A stretch of DNA of 62,632 bases, the filler included. It is 6 parts of 6 records of this genome, joined end to end, with 100 filler letters (N's around TTAATTAATTAA, not from the genome) between each part and the next. Parts side by side here need not be neighbours in the genome. Positions count along the whole stretch, not along the records: positions 1 to 12,990 come from SRR20825019_3065; 5 more parts are not named here. One strand, given 5' to 3'. The notes below the pieces were generated by a model. That model saw nothing but the letters and a program-made list of their open reading frames with translations. It did not search any database and was not told where the DNA came from. A program made the translations under genes and the position numbers. This document shows, one piece after another, positions 1 through 9,647 of this stretch (positions within the stretch are counted from its first letter, which is position 1; every line of letters begins with the position of its first letter).

Positions 1-2
1 TC

Positions 3-299
3 GGCCTGGCGCTGGCGCTGGAGCCGAAGGTGCTGATGCTTGACGAGCCGACCGCCGGCATGGGGCCGGAGGAACGCTGGCAGATGATCGGGACCGTGCG
101 CCGTCTGTGGGAGCTGGGCGGTATGACGCTGATCTTCATCGAGCATGACATGGACATTGTCTTCGAGGTCGCCCAGGGCATTACCGTGCTGAGTTACGGA
201 TCGGTTCTGGCTCAGGGAACAGCGGATCAAATTCGCAACAATCCGGAGGTCATCGAGGCCTATCTCGGCGTTGAGACGACGGAGGAGGTCTCGCAATGA
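3..299 (+). CDS. livG: Branched-chain amino acid-type ABC transporter ATP-binding subunit (LivG-like), 5'-truncated
   Basis: Frame is open from the window edge. Walker B/D-loop LMLDEPTAG, H-loop IEHD, C-terminal IRNNPEVIEAYLG. Stop overlaps the next start (ATGA). Confidence 0.85.
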   Translation, partial: GLALALEPKVLMLDEPTAGMGPEERWQMIGTVRRLWELGGMTLIFIEHDMDIVFEVAQGITVLSYGSVLAQGTADQIRNNPEVIEAYLGVETTEEVSQ

Positions 300-1024
300 A
301 CGGCAGCACGAACGGTGACACGATCCTCAAGGTCGAGGATATCGATGTGTACTACGGCGCCTCCAAGATCCTGTTCGGCGTGGATCTCGAAGTCGGGCGC
401 GGGCGTACGCTCGCCCTGCTGGGCCGTAACGGTGCGGGCAAGAGCACGACCATGAAGGCGATTGCCGGAATCGCCAAACCGCGCAAGGGAACGATCAGCC
501 TGTCCGGGCAAAACCTCGCGGGCGCGCGTCCAGATATCATCGCCCGTGCCGGGATCGGCTACGTCCCGGAAGACCGGCAGGTCTTCACCATGCATTCCGT
601 GGAGGACAATCTGCAGATCGGGACCAAGCCGGGGCTGCGCGGTCAGCGGGACTGGACCCTGGAACGGGTCTACGACACGTTCCCGATCCTGGCCCGGATG
701 AAGGACCGGAAGGCCGGACTGATGTCCGGTGGCGAGCAGCAGATGCTGACAATCGCCCGCACCCTGATGGGCAACCCGGAGGTCTTGCTGCTGGATGAGC
801 CTTCGGAGGGGCTGGCCCCGATCATCGTTCAGGCCATCGGCGATCTGATCCGGACGTTGCGCGATACCGGCGTGACCATCGTCCTGGCCGAGCAGAATAT
901 GCATTTCTGCCTTGGGATATCCGAGGATGCGGCGGTGATCGACAAGGGGCACATCGTCTATCGCGATACGATCGCCGGTCTGCGGGCCAATGAGGCGATT
1001 ACGAAGCGCTATCTCGCAATCTGA
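296..1024 (+). CDS. livF: Branched-chain amino acid-type ABC transporter ATP-binding subunit (LivF-like)
   Basis: Walker A GRNGAGKS, GYVPEDR, signature MSGGEQQML, LLLDEPSEGLAP. Confidence 0.88.
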   Translation: MNGSTNGDTILKVEDIDVYYGASKILFGVDLEVGRGRTLALLGRNGAGKSTTMKAIAGIAKPRKGTISLSGQNLAGARPDIIARAGIGYVPEDRQVFTMHSVEDNLQIGTKPGLRGQRDWTLERVYDTFPILARMKDRKAGLMSGGEQQMLTIARTLMGNPEVLLLDEPSEGLAPIIVQAIGDLIRTLRDTGVTIVLAEQNMHFCLGISEDAAVIDKGHIVYRDTIAGLRANEAITKRYLAI

Positions 1025-1054
1025 AGAGCCTGTTATCTAGAAAATACGGGCGCT

Positions 1055-1696
1055 TCAGGCGGGCGAGAACAGCCCTCGGGTCAGGATCTTCATGTATGCC
1101 TTGATCACATGCTCGGGGACGGCTTTGGCCTGGCCATTGCCGTCCCGGGCATAGTGCATCGAGATGTAGGACCGTGCCGAGAGCAGCATGTAAATCACCG
1201 CTTCCAGTTCTGCCTCGTCGAATCCCCGGATCTCGCCACGCTCGACCGCGCGCTCGAGTGAGCCCTTGTAACCAGTGACCAGCACGCGGAAATGTTCGGC
1301 ATGGGCTTCGGGGGCGAATACTTCAGCCTCATAGAGAATGCGGTAGAATGCCGGGTGGGCATTAAGATAATCCAGAAATGCCCGCAGACGTGCTTCCTCG
1401 CGCACCGGACCGGCCAGAGTGCGCGGCAGCGAAGAGGCGATGTGATCTAGCATCTGGCGGCCCATATAGGGCAGGAGCTTGTTCAGGACATCCTGGCGGG
1501 ATTTGAAATAGTTGTAGAAAGTCCCTTGGGCGACGCCGGCAAGCTGGGTGATTTTAGAAATCGAGGCATCGGCATACCCGTCATTTCCAACCACCTGTGC
1601 CGCCGCTTCCAGTATCAGCCGATAGGTCTCGCGGGCTTTTTCCTCGCGGGACATTCCCCGCAGTTGGGGCATGCGAAGGGCAGTTGACTTCGTCAT
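1055..1696 (-). CDS. TetR/AcrR family transcriptional regulator
   Basis: HTH ILEAAAQVV..GYADASISKITQLAGVAQGTFYNYF. Start uncertain (ATG at 1696 or 1672). Confidence 0.9.
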   Translation of the reverse strand: MTKSTALRMPQLRGMSREEKARETYRLILEAAAQVVGNDGYADASISKITQLAGVAQGTFYNYFKSRQDVLNKLLPYMGRQMLDHIASSLPRTLAGPVREEARLRAFLDYLNAHPAFYRILYEAEVFAPEAHAEHFRVLVTGYKGSLERAVERGEIRGFDEAELEAVIYMLLSARSYISMHYARDGNGQAKAVPEHVIKAYMKILTRGLFSPA

Positions 1697-2084
1697 CGAG
1701 AATAGCACTTCCTAATACTTTGTTATTTTGATCGTATTTTGAAAGAAATCTGTCAAGCTTCACGATGATCTTGGGCAGCGGCACGGAAATTCGAGCGGAC
1801 CGCGGACATTCAAAAGTTAAGGGGTTTTGGCGCAAGCATCTGTTTCGTCTGCTCTTGGCTATGTAGTTTTTTCGATCTCGGTCGCTTGGATAGGCCCTGC
1901 CTATAAGGCTGGAAATTAAAGTTAATTACCGGCGTTCCCTCTGAGTCCAGAGACGTTGCTCTGACGATGTCATTTAGACATGTCAGTATGAAATCGCTGA
2001 CTGCACCAGGTGCTGTCAGTCGATAGTTGCAGTCATCACCATGCCGTTGCGGCACCGTGTCGCTGCATTTTGGAAGGTAAGACC

Positions 2085-2219
2085 ATGGCCAAAGGTAACA
2101 ACAAGCGCGGAAACAAAGAGGCCAAAAAGCCAAAACAAGAAAAAGTAAAAATATTGGCAACAGCAAACTCGTTCGCGGGAAAGCCGCTGGCCTCCATTGG
2201 GGGTAAAAAGGGCAAATAA
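2085..2219 (+). CDS. Small lysine-rich hypothetical protein (44 aa, MAKGNNKRGNKEAKKPKQEK...)
   Basis: GGAAGG ribosome-binding site just upstream of ATG 2085. Resembles MAKGxxxxNKEAKKPK small proteins I recall from proteobacteria. Confidence 0.7.
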   Translation: MAKGNNKRGNKEAKKPKQEKVKILATANSFAGKPLASIGGKKGK

Positions 2220-2648
2220 TCCCGAAGTGCCGGCTTCAGACAATGAGTGCCAGCCCCGGAAGATGAGCTCTAAATTGCCTCCGGGGTTTCGGACCGATTA
2301 TGAGGTCCGGAACCCCGCCCGGAGAAGCGGGCATGGGGGCTTGTTTGGTCAAGGCTGCATTGAGGTGTGAGAGATAACTCGCGAATATATCAACCCATTA
2401 GAGTCGCCGTGGGCTTTTAAAAAAAATGTGCGAAGGAGGGCGGTTTTCCTGTCGTTCTCTGTCATTCTTCGGAGTGATGAATTTTTCATCGATCAATGTC
2501 CGTAGGCAGATGGTCCTCTGTTCGTCAAAACAGGTTCATACGAACGGCGACAGCAGAATGGACGTTGTGCCCAGCTCCATCTTCGTAAAGAGTTTAACTA
2601 ACAGGTTTGATCGGCTTGCCTGTTGTTATGATAGCGGAGACGGTGAGA

Positions 2649-4121
2649 GTGCAGGACCTGCCCGATTACGATGATTTCGATGCAACCGGGCTTGCCCAGG
2701 GGATTGCCGCAGGGGACTTCAGCCCAGAAGAGGCGCTTTCGACCGCGCTTTCCCGGGTGGATGCGCTTAATCCGCAGCTGAACGCTGTCACGCAGGTTCA
2801 GGCCGGTCGGGCGCGGGAGACACTCGCGGCGGGTGTGCCGAAGGGGCCGCTCTCGGGTGTTCCGTTTCTGCTGAAGGATCTCGGAGCGGAGGCCATCGGC
2901 TTCCCGGGGAACAATGGCTCCCGGCTTCTGAAGAACACGACCTATTCCTATAATTCCACCCTGGTTGAAAGATTACTTTCGGCCGGTCTGGTGGTCTTTG
3001 GGCGGACCACGTCGCCGGAAGGCGGTATCGGTTGTGCGACCGAGGCTGCGGTTTATGGCGGACCGACCCGCAATCCCTGGAATACTGATCACACACCGGG
3101 CGGATCGTCCGGCGGCTCCGGTGCGGCAGTTTCGGCAGGCATCGTTCCCGCCGCCCATGGCTCGGACGGTGGCGGGTCCATTCGGATACCGGCTTCAAGC
3201 TGCGGGCTCTTCGGTTTCAAGCCGACGCGCGCGCGCCTGCCTGACGGTCCCGCGTCGGGTGAGGGCTGGGGCGGGATGGCTATCGAGGGCTTTCTGACCC
3301 GCTCCGTGCGGGACAGCGCACTGTTGCTCGATATTTGCTCCGGCACGGATCTTGGCGCGCCTTACGTGGCGCCGCCGCTCGAAGAAAGTTTCATGCATGC
3401 CATGGAGCAAAGCCGCAAGGGGCTGCGGGTAGCACTGTGCCCAACGACATTCGATGGGGAGCCGGTTGATCCGGAATGCACGGCGGCGGCGGAAGCAGCA
3501 GCGGAATTGCTTGCGGATATGGGGCACCATGTTGAAATCGCGCGCCCGGAAGCGGATACGCCAGGCATGATGCAGGCCTGGACGAAGATCGTGGCCTGCG
3601 GCACGGCGCTGGGGGTGCAGCAAAAGCTGAAGCGGCTTGGCCGGGAGCTGCTGCCCGACGATCTTGAGCCGGTCTCGCGCAGCGCCTGCACTTATGCCGA
3701 GACCATATCGGGCGCGGCCTATCTCGATGCGCTGGAGATTGTGCATGACTATGGGCGGCAGATGGCGGCTTTCTTTACCCGGTTCGATTTGCTGGTCAGT
3801 CCGACTTTGGCGGAACCTCCTGCCAGGGTCGGGCGTTTTTCGCATGACCGGGAGAGTTATCTCGATTACCGGCTCGGCCCGGACGGTGTGTTTGCCTATT
3901 CGCCCTACACCGCTTCCTTCAATGCCACGGGCCAGCCGGCAGCGTCGCTTCCGCTCTCCTGGTCTCGGACGGGATTGCCCATCGGCGTGCATCTGGCGGC
4001 ACCGTTCGGAGCAGACGAGATGTTGATGGGAGTGTGCGCCGAGCTGGAACGTGCACAACCATGGTTTCACAAACGCCCGCCGCTCGCAGGGATGCATGCC
4101 GGTGAGGGGGGAGAGGGCTGA
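2649..4121 (+). CDS. Amidase signature family enzyme
   Basis: Catalytic Lys (PFLLKDL), GGSSGGS and GSDGGGSIRIPAS motifs. GTG 2649 follows GGAG; ATG 2628 is an alternative start. Confidence 0.92.
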   Translation: MQDLPDYDDFDATGLAQGIAAGDFSPEEALSTALSRVDALNPQLNAVTQVQAGRARETLAAGVPKGPLSGVPFLLKDLGAEAIGFPGNNGSRLLKNTTYSYNSTLVERLLSAGLVVFGRTTSPEGGIGCATEAAVYGGPTRNPWNTDHTPGGSSGGSGAAVSAGIVPAAHGSDGGGSIRIPASSCGLFGFKPTRARLPDGPASGEGWGGMAIEGFLTRSVRDSALLLDICSGTDLGAPYVAPPLEESFMHAMEQSRKGLRVALCPTTFDGEPVDPECTAAAEAAAELLADMGHHVEIARPEADTPGMMQAWTKIVACGTALGVQQKLKRLGRELLPDDLEPVSRSACTYAETISGAAYLDALEIVHDYGRQMAAFFTRFDLLVSPTLAEPPARVGRFSHDRESYLDYRLGPDGVFAYSPYTASFNATGQPAASLPLSWSRTGLPIGVHLAAPFGADEMLMGVCAELERAQPWFHKRPPLAGMHAGEGGEG

Positions 4122-5195
4122 ATGAGTGACATAGCGGTTTCCGCGCAGTCGATTACGAAGGTCTTCGGATCTCTTTCCGGCGGACTCCGCGCGCTCGACG
4201 ATGTGTCGGTCGACATCAAGACCAACGAGTTCTTTACCCTGCTTGGCCCCTCCGGTTGCGGCAAGACCACGCTGCTGCGGCTGATCGCCGGGTTCGAGAC
4301 GCCGACCTATGGAAGCATTGTGCTGGACGGCGTGGATATCACCACCGATCCGCCTTTCAAGCGGCCGGTCAACACGGTGTTCCAGAGCTATGCGCTCTTC
4401 CCGCATCTGACCGTTGTGCAGAATATCGGCTTCGGGCTGGAGATGCTTGGGAAGAGCAAGAAAGAGGTCGGCCACGCGGTTGACGAGGTTCTGGCGCTGG
4501 TGCGCATGGAGCAGATGGCCCATCGCTACCCCAGCCAGCTTTCCGGTGGACAGCAGCAGCGTGTTGCGCTGGCCCGTGCACTTGCTCCGAAACCCTCCGT
4601 GCTGCTGCTGGACGAGCCTTTGTCCGCGCTCGACCTGAAGCTGCGCAAGCAGATGCAGATCGAGCTGAAGCGGATGCAGATGGATACGGGCATCACCTTC
4701 ATCTTCGTCACGCACGATCAGGAAGAAGCGCTGACCATGTCGGACCGGATCGCGGTTATGAGCGCCGGACGTATTCAGCAGATCGGCACGCCGCGCGACA
4801 TCTACAACGCGCCGACAAACCGCTTCGTGGCGGACTTCATTGGCGAGTCCAATTTCCTGCCGGCCGAGGTGGCGGGAGCAGGCATGGTGACGTTGACCAA
4901 TGGCAATAAGGTGCCCGCAATTGTGCCGGGCGACCTGGCCATGGGCACAAAGGTCACTGTCTCGATCCGGCCGGAGCAGGTTGAGCTTGATCCGGCGGGT
5001 GAGGGCGTTCTGGCGGGAACGATCACCGAGCTGGTTTATTTCGGCACGGACATGCATGCCCATGTCGATCTGGGCGATGGCGCCGTGCTTGTTGCCCGGG
5101 TGCAGGCGGAAGCCGACCAGAGCCTCGTCAAGGGAGGGCGGGTCGGTGTTCGTTTCGCGCCCGGGGCCCTGCGCGTTGTCGAGGACGGGGCATGA
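4122..5195 (+). CDS. potA: Polyamine-type ABC transporter ATP-binding protein (PotA-like)
   Basis: GPSGCGKT, VNTVFQSYALFPHL, LSGGQQQRVALARAL, TOBE-like C-terminus. Confidence 0.88.
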   Translation: MSDIAVSAQSITKVFGSLSGGLRALDDVSVDIKTNEFFTLLGPSGCGKTTLLRLIAGFETPTYGSIVLDGVDITTDPPFKRPVNTVFQSYALFPHLTVVQNIGFGLEMLGKSKKEVGHAVDEVLALVRMEQMAHRYPSQLSGGQQQRVALARALAPKPSVLLLDEPLSALDLKLRKQMQIELKRMQMDTGITFIFVTHDQEEALTMSDRIAVMSAGRIQQIGTPRDIYNAPTNRFVADFIGESNFLPAEVAGAGMVTLTNGNKVPAIVPGDLAMGTKVTVSIRPEQVELDPAGEGVLAGTITELVYFGTDMHAHVDLGDGAVLVARVQAEADQSLVKGGRVGVRFAPGALRVVEDGA

Positions 5196-6121
5196 CACAC
5201 GAAACCGGACAGCCGCGGGCTCTGGAAGCGGAGGCGACGCGCCGCCATATCCGGCGCAACTGGCTGCTCTCGCTGCCGGCAATCCTGCTCCTGCTGGTGG
5301 GAGCTTCCGGCCCGCTTCTGATCGTGCTGGTCTATTCCTTCCTCAAGCCGGGTGATTTCAGCGGCGTGGTCTGGGAGCCGTCCTTCAAGGCCTGGTTCCA
5401 GATCCTGTTTTCCAAGGACATTTTCGATGACACGATAGGGCTGGCCGATGCGCATCTGACGATTTTCTGGCGGTCTGTCAGGCTATCCCTGATGACGACA
5501 GTCATCACGCTCCTGCTTGGCTTGCCGACGGCTTACTTCATCGCCACCCGGTCCGGCAGGCAGCGCACCTTCTGGCTGTTCCTGATCACCATCCCGTTCT
5601 GGACCAATCTGCTGATCCGCACTTTCGCCATCCTCGAGATGTTGCGGAACGAAGGCATCGTGAATAACAGCCTCATCAGCTTCGGGCTGATCGCGGAGCC
5701 GATCCAGATACTCTACACCGATACGGCCGTCCTGATCGGCATGGCGTACGTCTATCTGCCGCTGATGGTGCTGCCGCTCTATGCAGCGATTGAGCGGCTG
5801 GATTTCCGGCTGGTCGAGGCCGGCTACGACCTTTACGCAAACCGCCTGCAGGTGTTCCGCAAGGTCATCCTGCCGATCATCAAGCCCGGCATCGTGGCGG
5901 GATCGATCCTGGTCTTCGTACCGTCGCTCGGCGCCTATGTGACGCCGCGTGTGCTTGGCGGCGGCAAGAACATGATGATCGGCAATTTCATCGAGTTGCA
6001 GTTCGGGCAGGGCCGGAACTGGCCGCTCGGCTCTTCGCTGTCGATCCTTCTGCTGCTGATCGTGATGGCGGCGCTGCTGCTCTATGTCAGGGCATCGTCG
6101 CGGGAGGAGCCGCATGGCTGA
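5192..6121 (+). CDS. potB: Polyamine-type ABC transporter permease (PotB-like)
   Basis: Multiple transmembrane segments, PFWTNLLIR, EAA-like loop LVEAGYDLYA, QFGQGRNWPLGS. Confidence 0.85.
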   Translation: MTHETGQPRALEAEATRRHIRRNWLLSLPAILLLLVGASGPLLIVLVYSFLKPGDFSGVVWEPSFKAWFQILFSKDIFDDTIGLADAHLTIFWRSVRLSLMTTVITLLLGLPTAYFIATRSGRQRTFWLFLITIPFWTNLLIRTFAILEMLRNEGIVNNSLISFGLIAEPIQILYTDTAVLIGMAYVYLPLMVLPLYAAIERLDFRLVEAGYDLYANRLQVFRKVILPIIKPGIVAGSILVFVPSLGAYVTPRVLGGGKNMMIGNFIELQFGQGRNWPLGSSLSILLLLIVMAALLLYVRASSREEPHG

Positions 6122-6935
6122 GCGCGTGCGCAAGGCGTTCTCGGTAAGACGGCTTCCGGGGTTCACCGCCGTGACGATGATCTGCTTTGCCGCGCTCTAT
6201 GCGCCGATCATCGTCATCGTTCTCTATTCCTTCAATGCGGGCGATTCAGTGGCGCTCTGGGAAGGCTTCTCCCTCGACTGGTACGCCGTCGCGGCGCAGA
6301 ACGAGCAGGTCCAGGAAGCCACCCTGCGTTCGCTGGTGATCGCACTCTGGGCGTCGGGTATTGCGACAACTTTGGCGACGATGGCGGCGCTCGGTACCAC
6401 CCGGACCGCGAAATTTCCCGGCAGCACGCTGATTTATGTGCTGATCAACCAGCCGCTGATGGTGCCGGAAATCGTCACCGCCGTGGCGCTGCTGATCTTC
6501 TTCGCTTCGATCAAGGTGGCGACCGGTTATTCCGGCCTGGCCTACCTGATCCTCGCCCATGCGGCCTTCTGCGTGCCCTTTGCCTATCTGCCTATCCGGG
6601 CGCGGCTGGAGGGGATGGACCGGGTGTTGGAGATCGCGGCGGCGGATCTTTATGCGACGCCGTGGCAGACTTTCCGCAGGGTTACCTTGCCGCTAGTGGC
6701 ACCCGGGATCGTCGCAGGCGCCATGTTGGCCTTTGTGATTTCGCTGGATGACGTGATCATTACCGAGTTCGTCAAATCCGCGGGACAGGATACGCTGCCG
6801 ACTTACATGCTCGGCCAGTTGAGGCGGGCGATAACGCCGGAGGTCAACGCGATCTCGACGGCGCTGCTTGGCCTGACAATCCTCTTGCTGACCGCCTTTT
6901 TCATCCTGACCGGAAGGAACGACAAATCGGCCTGA
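6114..6935 (+). CDS. potC: Polyamine-type ABC transporter permease (PotC-like)
   Basis: YSFN..W.GFSLDWY, PEIVTAVALL, EIAAADLYA, SLDD, TPEVNAIST. GGAGGAG RBS precedes ATG 6114. Confidence 0.85.
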   Translation: MAERVRKAFSVRRLPGFTAVTMICFAALYAPIIVIVLYSFNAGDSVALWEGFSLDWYAVAAQNEQVQEATLRSLVIALWASGIATTLATMAALGTTRTAKFPGSTLIYVLINQPLMVPEIVTAVALLIFFASIKVATGYSGLAYLILAHAAFCVPFAYLPIRARLEGMDRVLEIAAADLYATPWQTFRRVTLPLVAPGIVAGAMLAFVISLDDVIITEFVKSAGQDTLPTYMLGQLRRAITPEVNAISTALLGLTILLLTAFFILTGRNDKSA

Positions 6936-6967
6936 ACACTCCCGAAGCGCACAACAGGAGATCCATT

Positions 6968-7999
6968 ATGCGCACGTCATTGCTCGCTCTGTCTGCGACT
7001 GCCCTGCTGGCACTGTCCACGACAGCTTTCGCCGCAGGCGAACTGAACATCTACAACTGGGGCAACTACACGAACCCCGAGCTGATCAAGAAGTTCGAGA
7101 AAACCTACGACGTCAAAGTCACCGTCACGGACTATGACTCAAACACGACGGCCCTGACCAAGATCGAGGCTGGCGGGCACGGCTTCGACATCGTGGTGCC
7201 GACCGGAAACTATGTTCCGATCTATGTCGAGAAGGGCCTGCTGCTTGAGAGCCGTCCCGACCAGATGGAGAACTTCAAGAACGTTTCCGAGAGCTGGAAG
7301 GATGTTCCCTGGGATCCGAAACGGCATTACACGGTGCCGTGGCAGTGGGGCACGACGGGCGTTGCCGTGGATACCTCGGTCTATGGCGGTGATATCAATA
7401 CCTCGGCGATCTTCCTCGATCCGCCGGCCGAGCTGGTCGGCAAGGTCAATGTCGTTCCGGAGATGAACGACATCATCAACATGACCCTCTTCTATGTCGG
7501 CGGTGAGGCTTGCACCACGGACAAGACCGTCCTGAAAAAGGTGCGCGATGTTCTCGTGGCCGCGAAGCCGAAATGGCTGTCGATGGATTACGGGACGACG
7601 GACAAGCTTTCCAGCGGCGAATATCCGGCGACCGTGAACTGGAACGGCTCGACCTTCCGCGCCCGCCTGAACAACCCGAAGGTTGCCTACGGCTATCCGA
7701 AAGAGGGTTATCCGCTATGGATGGATGCCGTTGCCATCCTGAAGGACGCGAAGAATCCGGAAAATGCGAAGCTGTTCCAGAATTTCATCATGGAGCCGGA
7801 AAACGCGGCCTTGATCTCCGCCTTTGCCCGCTATGCGAACGGCATCGACGGATCGGCGGAGTTCATGCCGGAGGAAATGCGTACGGCTCCGGAAATCGTG
7901 ACACCTGAGGAACTCAAGAGCGCAGGCCAGTTCCTGCCGACCTGCTCGGGTGAATCGCGTGATCTCTATACGGCGATCTGGACGGAACTCCAGAAGTAA
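6968..7999 (+). CDS. potD: Polyamine-type ABC transporter substrate-binding protein (PotD/PotF-like)
   Basis: Signal peptide, LNIYNWGNY, YDSN, VPWQWGTTG, PKEG..LWMD. Confidence 0.85.
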   Translation: MRTSLLALSATALLALSTTAFAAGELNIYNWGNYTNPELIKKFEKTYDVKVTVTDYDSNTTALTKIEAGGHGFDIVVPTGNYVPIYVEKGLLLESRPDQMENFKNVSESWKDVPWDPKRHYTVPWQWGTTGVAVDTSVYGGDINTSAIFLDPPAELVGKVNVVPEMNDIINMTLFYVGGEACTTDKTVLKKVRDVLVAAKPKWLSMDYGTTDKLSSGEYPATVNWNGSTFRARLNNPKVAYGYPKEGYPLWMDAVAILKDAKNPENAKLFQNFIMEPENAALISAFARYANGIDGSAEFMPEEMRTAPEIVTPEELKSAGQFLPTCSGESRDLYTAIWTELQK

Positions 8000-8025
8000 T
8001 CAGCTGGATACGAACTGGTTTTTGA

Positions 8026-8060
8026 AAGGCCCGGGGAGCAATCCTTGGGCCTTGTTTTTT
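8026..8060 (+). terminator. Rho-independent terminator after potD
   Basis: AAGGCCCGGGGA-GCAA-TCCTTGGGCCTT hairpin followed by GTTTTTT. Confidence 0.8.
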
Positions 8061-8076
8061 GTCCGGACTGAAGAGA

Positions 8077-9003
8077 CTAAAACAATAGCGTTCCCTGCCA
8101 GATACCGTGGCTTACCATATCCGCCGTCTCCGCCTTCAGCGTGCTGGCGAAGATCCGCACGGCGTTGGTGTCCGGGCGCACGATGGAGCGGGTCAGGACC
8201 ATTTTCCGGGTCAGGGCAGGGCGCGCTATCGGTGCGGCGCGAAGGGTGCCGGCCGTGATATCCGCATGCACGGCGGCGAGGGGCAGGACCGTATAGCCGA
8301 GGCCTCGGGCGACGAGTTCCTTGAGGGTCTGCAAGGCGTCCGCCTCGACCGATACCCGCAATGCAATGCCTTCCCGTCCGGCGGCGTTCTCAAGCAGGTT
8401 GCGCAGACCGTGCCGCGATCCGGGCAGGATCATGGAGAGGTCGGCCAGACCCGGAAAGGGCACGGGCTTGGCTATTTCCAGATCGGATGAGGGCGGACCT
8501 ATGAGATAGAGCGTCTCCTCGATCAGCGGCTCAGTGTGGATATGGCTCGTCGCGCCGGTCTCGTACATCACGGCGAGATCGGCCTCGCCCCGCTGGATCA
8601 TGTCCAGAAGATAGCCGCTGAAGGCGGGAACAATGCGGAGGGTGACTTCCGGATAGTCCCTGAGGAACCGTTCCGCCATTCGGCCTGCGATCACCTCCCC
8701 GATGGTTGGCGGCACGCCGAGGCAGACAGCTCCCTTGACTGCGTCCTGCTCGGCCGAGACCTCGGCACGGGTGTCTTCGACCAGACGTAGAATCGCCGAT
8801 GCCCGATCCGTCAGAATCCGGCCGGCGGATGTCAGGGCCATGCCGCGGCCGTGCCGGGTGAACAGGGCGACGCCGAGATCCTCTTCCAGCAGTCTGATCT
8901 GCCGGCCGAGGGCGGGCTGGGCGATATGCAGCCGCTCGGCCGCGTGGCTCAGGCTGCCAAGTTCGGCGACATGCAGGAAGGTGCGAAGCTGTCTTAAATC
9001 CAT
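8077..9003 (-). CDS. LysR family transcriptional regulator
   Basis: MDLRQLRTFLHVAELGSLSHAAERLHIAQPALGRQIRLLEE HTH. Divergent from the decarboxylase operon. Confidence 0.95.
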   Translation of the reverse strand: MDLRQLRTFLHVAELGSLSHAAERLHIAQPALGRQIRLLEEDLGVALFTRHGRGMALTSAGRILTDRASAILRLVEDTRAEVSAEQDAVKGAVCLGVPPTIGEVIAGRMAERFLRDYPEVTLRIVPAFSGYLLDMIQRGEADLAVMYETGATSHIHTEPLIEETLYLIGPPSSDLEIAKPVPFPGLADLSMILPGSRHGLRNLLENAAGREGIALRVSVEADALQTLKELVARGLGYTVLPLAAVHADITAGTLRAAPIARPALTRKMVLTRSIVRPDTNAVRIFASTLKAETADMVSHGIWQGTLLF

Positions 9004-9004
9004 A

Positions 9005-9027
9005 AGCTATTAAACCATGGCATAGCT
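9005..9027. promoter_or_regulatory. Putative LysR recognition site
   Basis: AGCTAT-N11-ATAGCT inverted repeat containing T-N11-A, immediately upstream of the lysR start in the divergent intergenic region. Confidence 0.65.
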
Positions 9028-9110
9028 GAATGAGAAATATGCTTCTCGTATTTCGCTTCTTTGAGCGCTACTCCAGAGCTTTCCGCCGTTCATCAAGCTC
9101 CGGAGTCGAG

Positions 9111-9647
9111 ATGACCGCAATGCCCGCCGAAGAGGCCCCGTCCTGGCAGGACCAGATCCTGCCGATCCTGAAAAGTTTCGATGTTCGCCATCTGGTCTAT
9201 GTGCCCGATGCAGGACACGCCTCGGCGATCCGGGAGGCGGAGAAGGATAACGGCATCACGTCGCTCGCGCTGACCACGGAGGAAGAGGGCATCGGCTATC
9301 TCTCCGGTGCCTGGCTTGGTGGTGAGCGCGGCGCCCTGCTGATGCAGTCCAGCGGCGTCGGCAATTGCCTCAATACCCTGGCGTTGCAGACCATGAGCCG
9401 CTTTCCCTTGCTGATGCTGGTGACCATGCGGGGCGACTGGGCGGAGTTCAATCCGTGGCAGAACCCGATGGGGCAGGCGACCGAGGCTGCCCTGAAGCTG
9501 ATGGGTGTCCGGACCTGGCGGGCCGACCAGCCGGAAGAGGTCGCGCATCTGGTGCATGGCGCCGCCACAATGGCTTTCAACGGTGACGAAGCCTGCGCGG
9601 TGCTGCTTGGACAAAGCCTGATCGGTGAAAAGAAGTGGGTGAAATGA
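9111..9647 (+). CDS. ThDP-dependent decarboxylase alpha subunit (sulfopyruvate/phosphonopyruvate decarboxylase ComD-like)
   Basis: YVPD, TTEEEGIG...GAWLGG, LLMQSSGVGN, MRG...NPWQNPMG. GGAG RBS before ATG 9111. Confidence 0.8.
   Translation: MTAMPAEEAPSWQDQILPILKSFDVRHLVYVPDAGHASAIREAEKDNGITSLALTTEEEGIGYLSGAWLGGERGALLMQSSGVGNCLNTLALQTMSRFPLLMLVTMRGDWAEFNPWQNPMGQATEAALKLMGVRTWRADQPEEVAHLVHGAATMAFNGDEACAVLLGQSLIGEKKWVK

Noticed and set aside
3195-5282. Long antisense ORFs (695 aa here; also 10103-11536, 16480-17898, 57097-58524, 39612-40736)
   Set aside because: These are shadow frames opposite well-supported genes in GC-rich DNA and carry no motifs.
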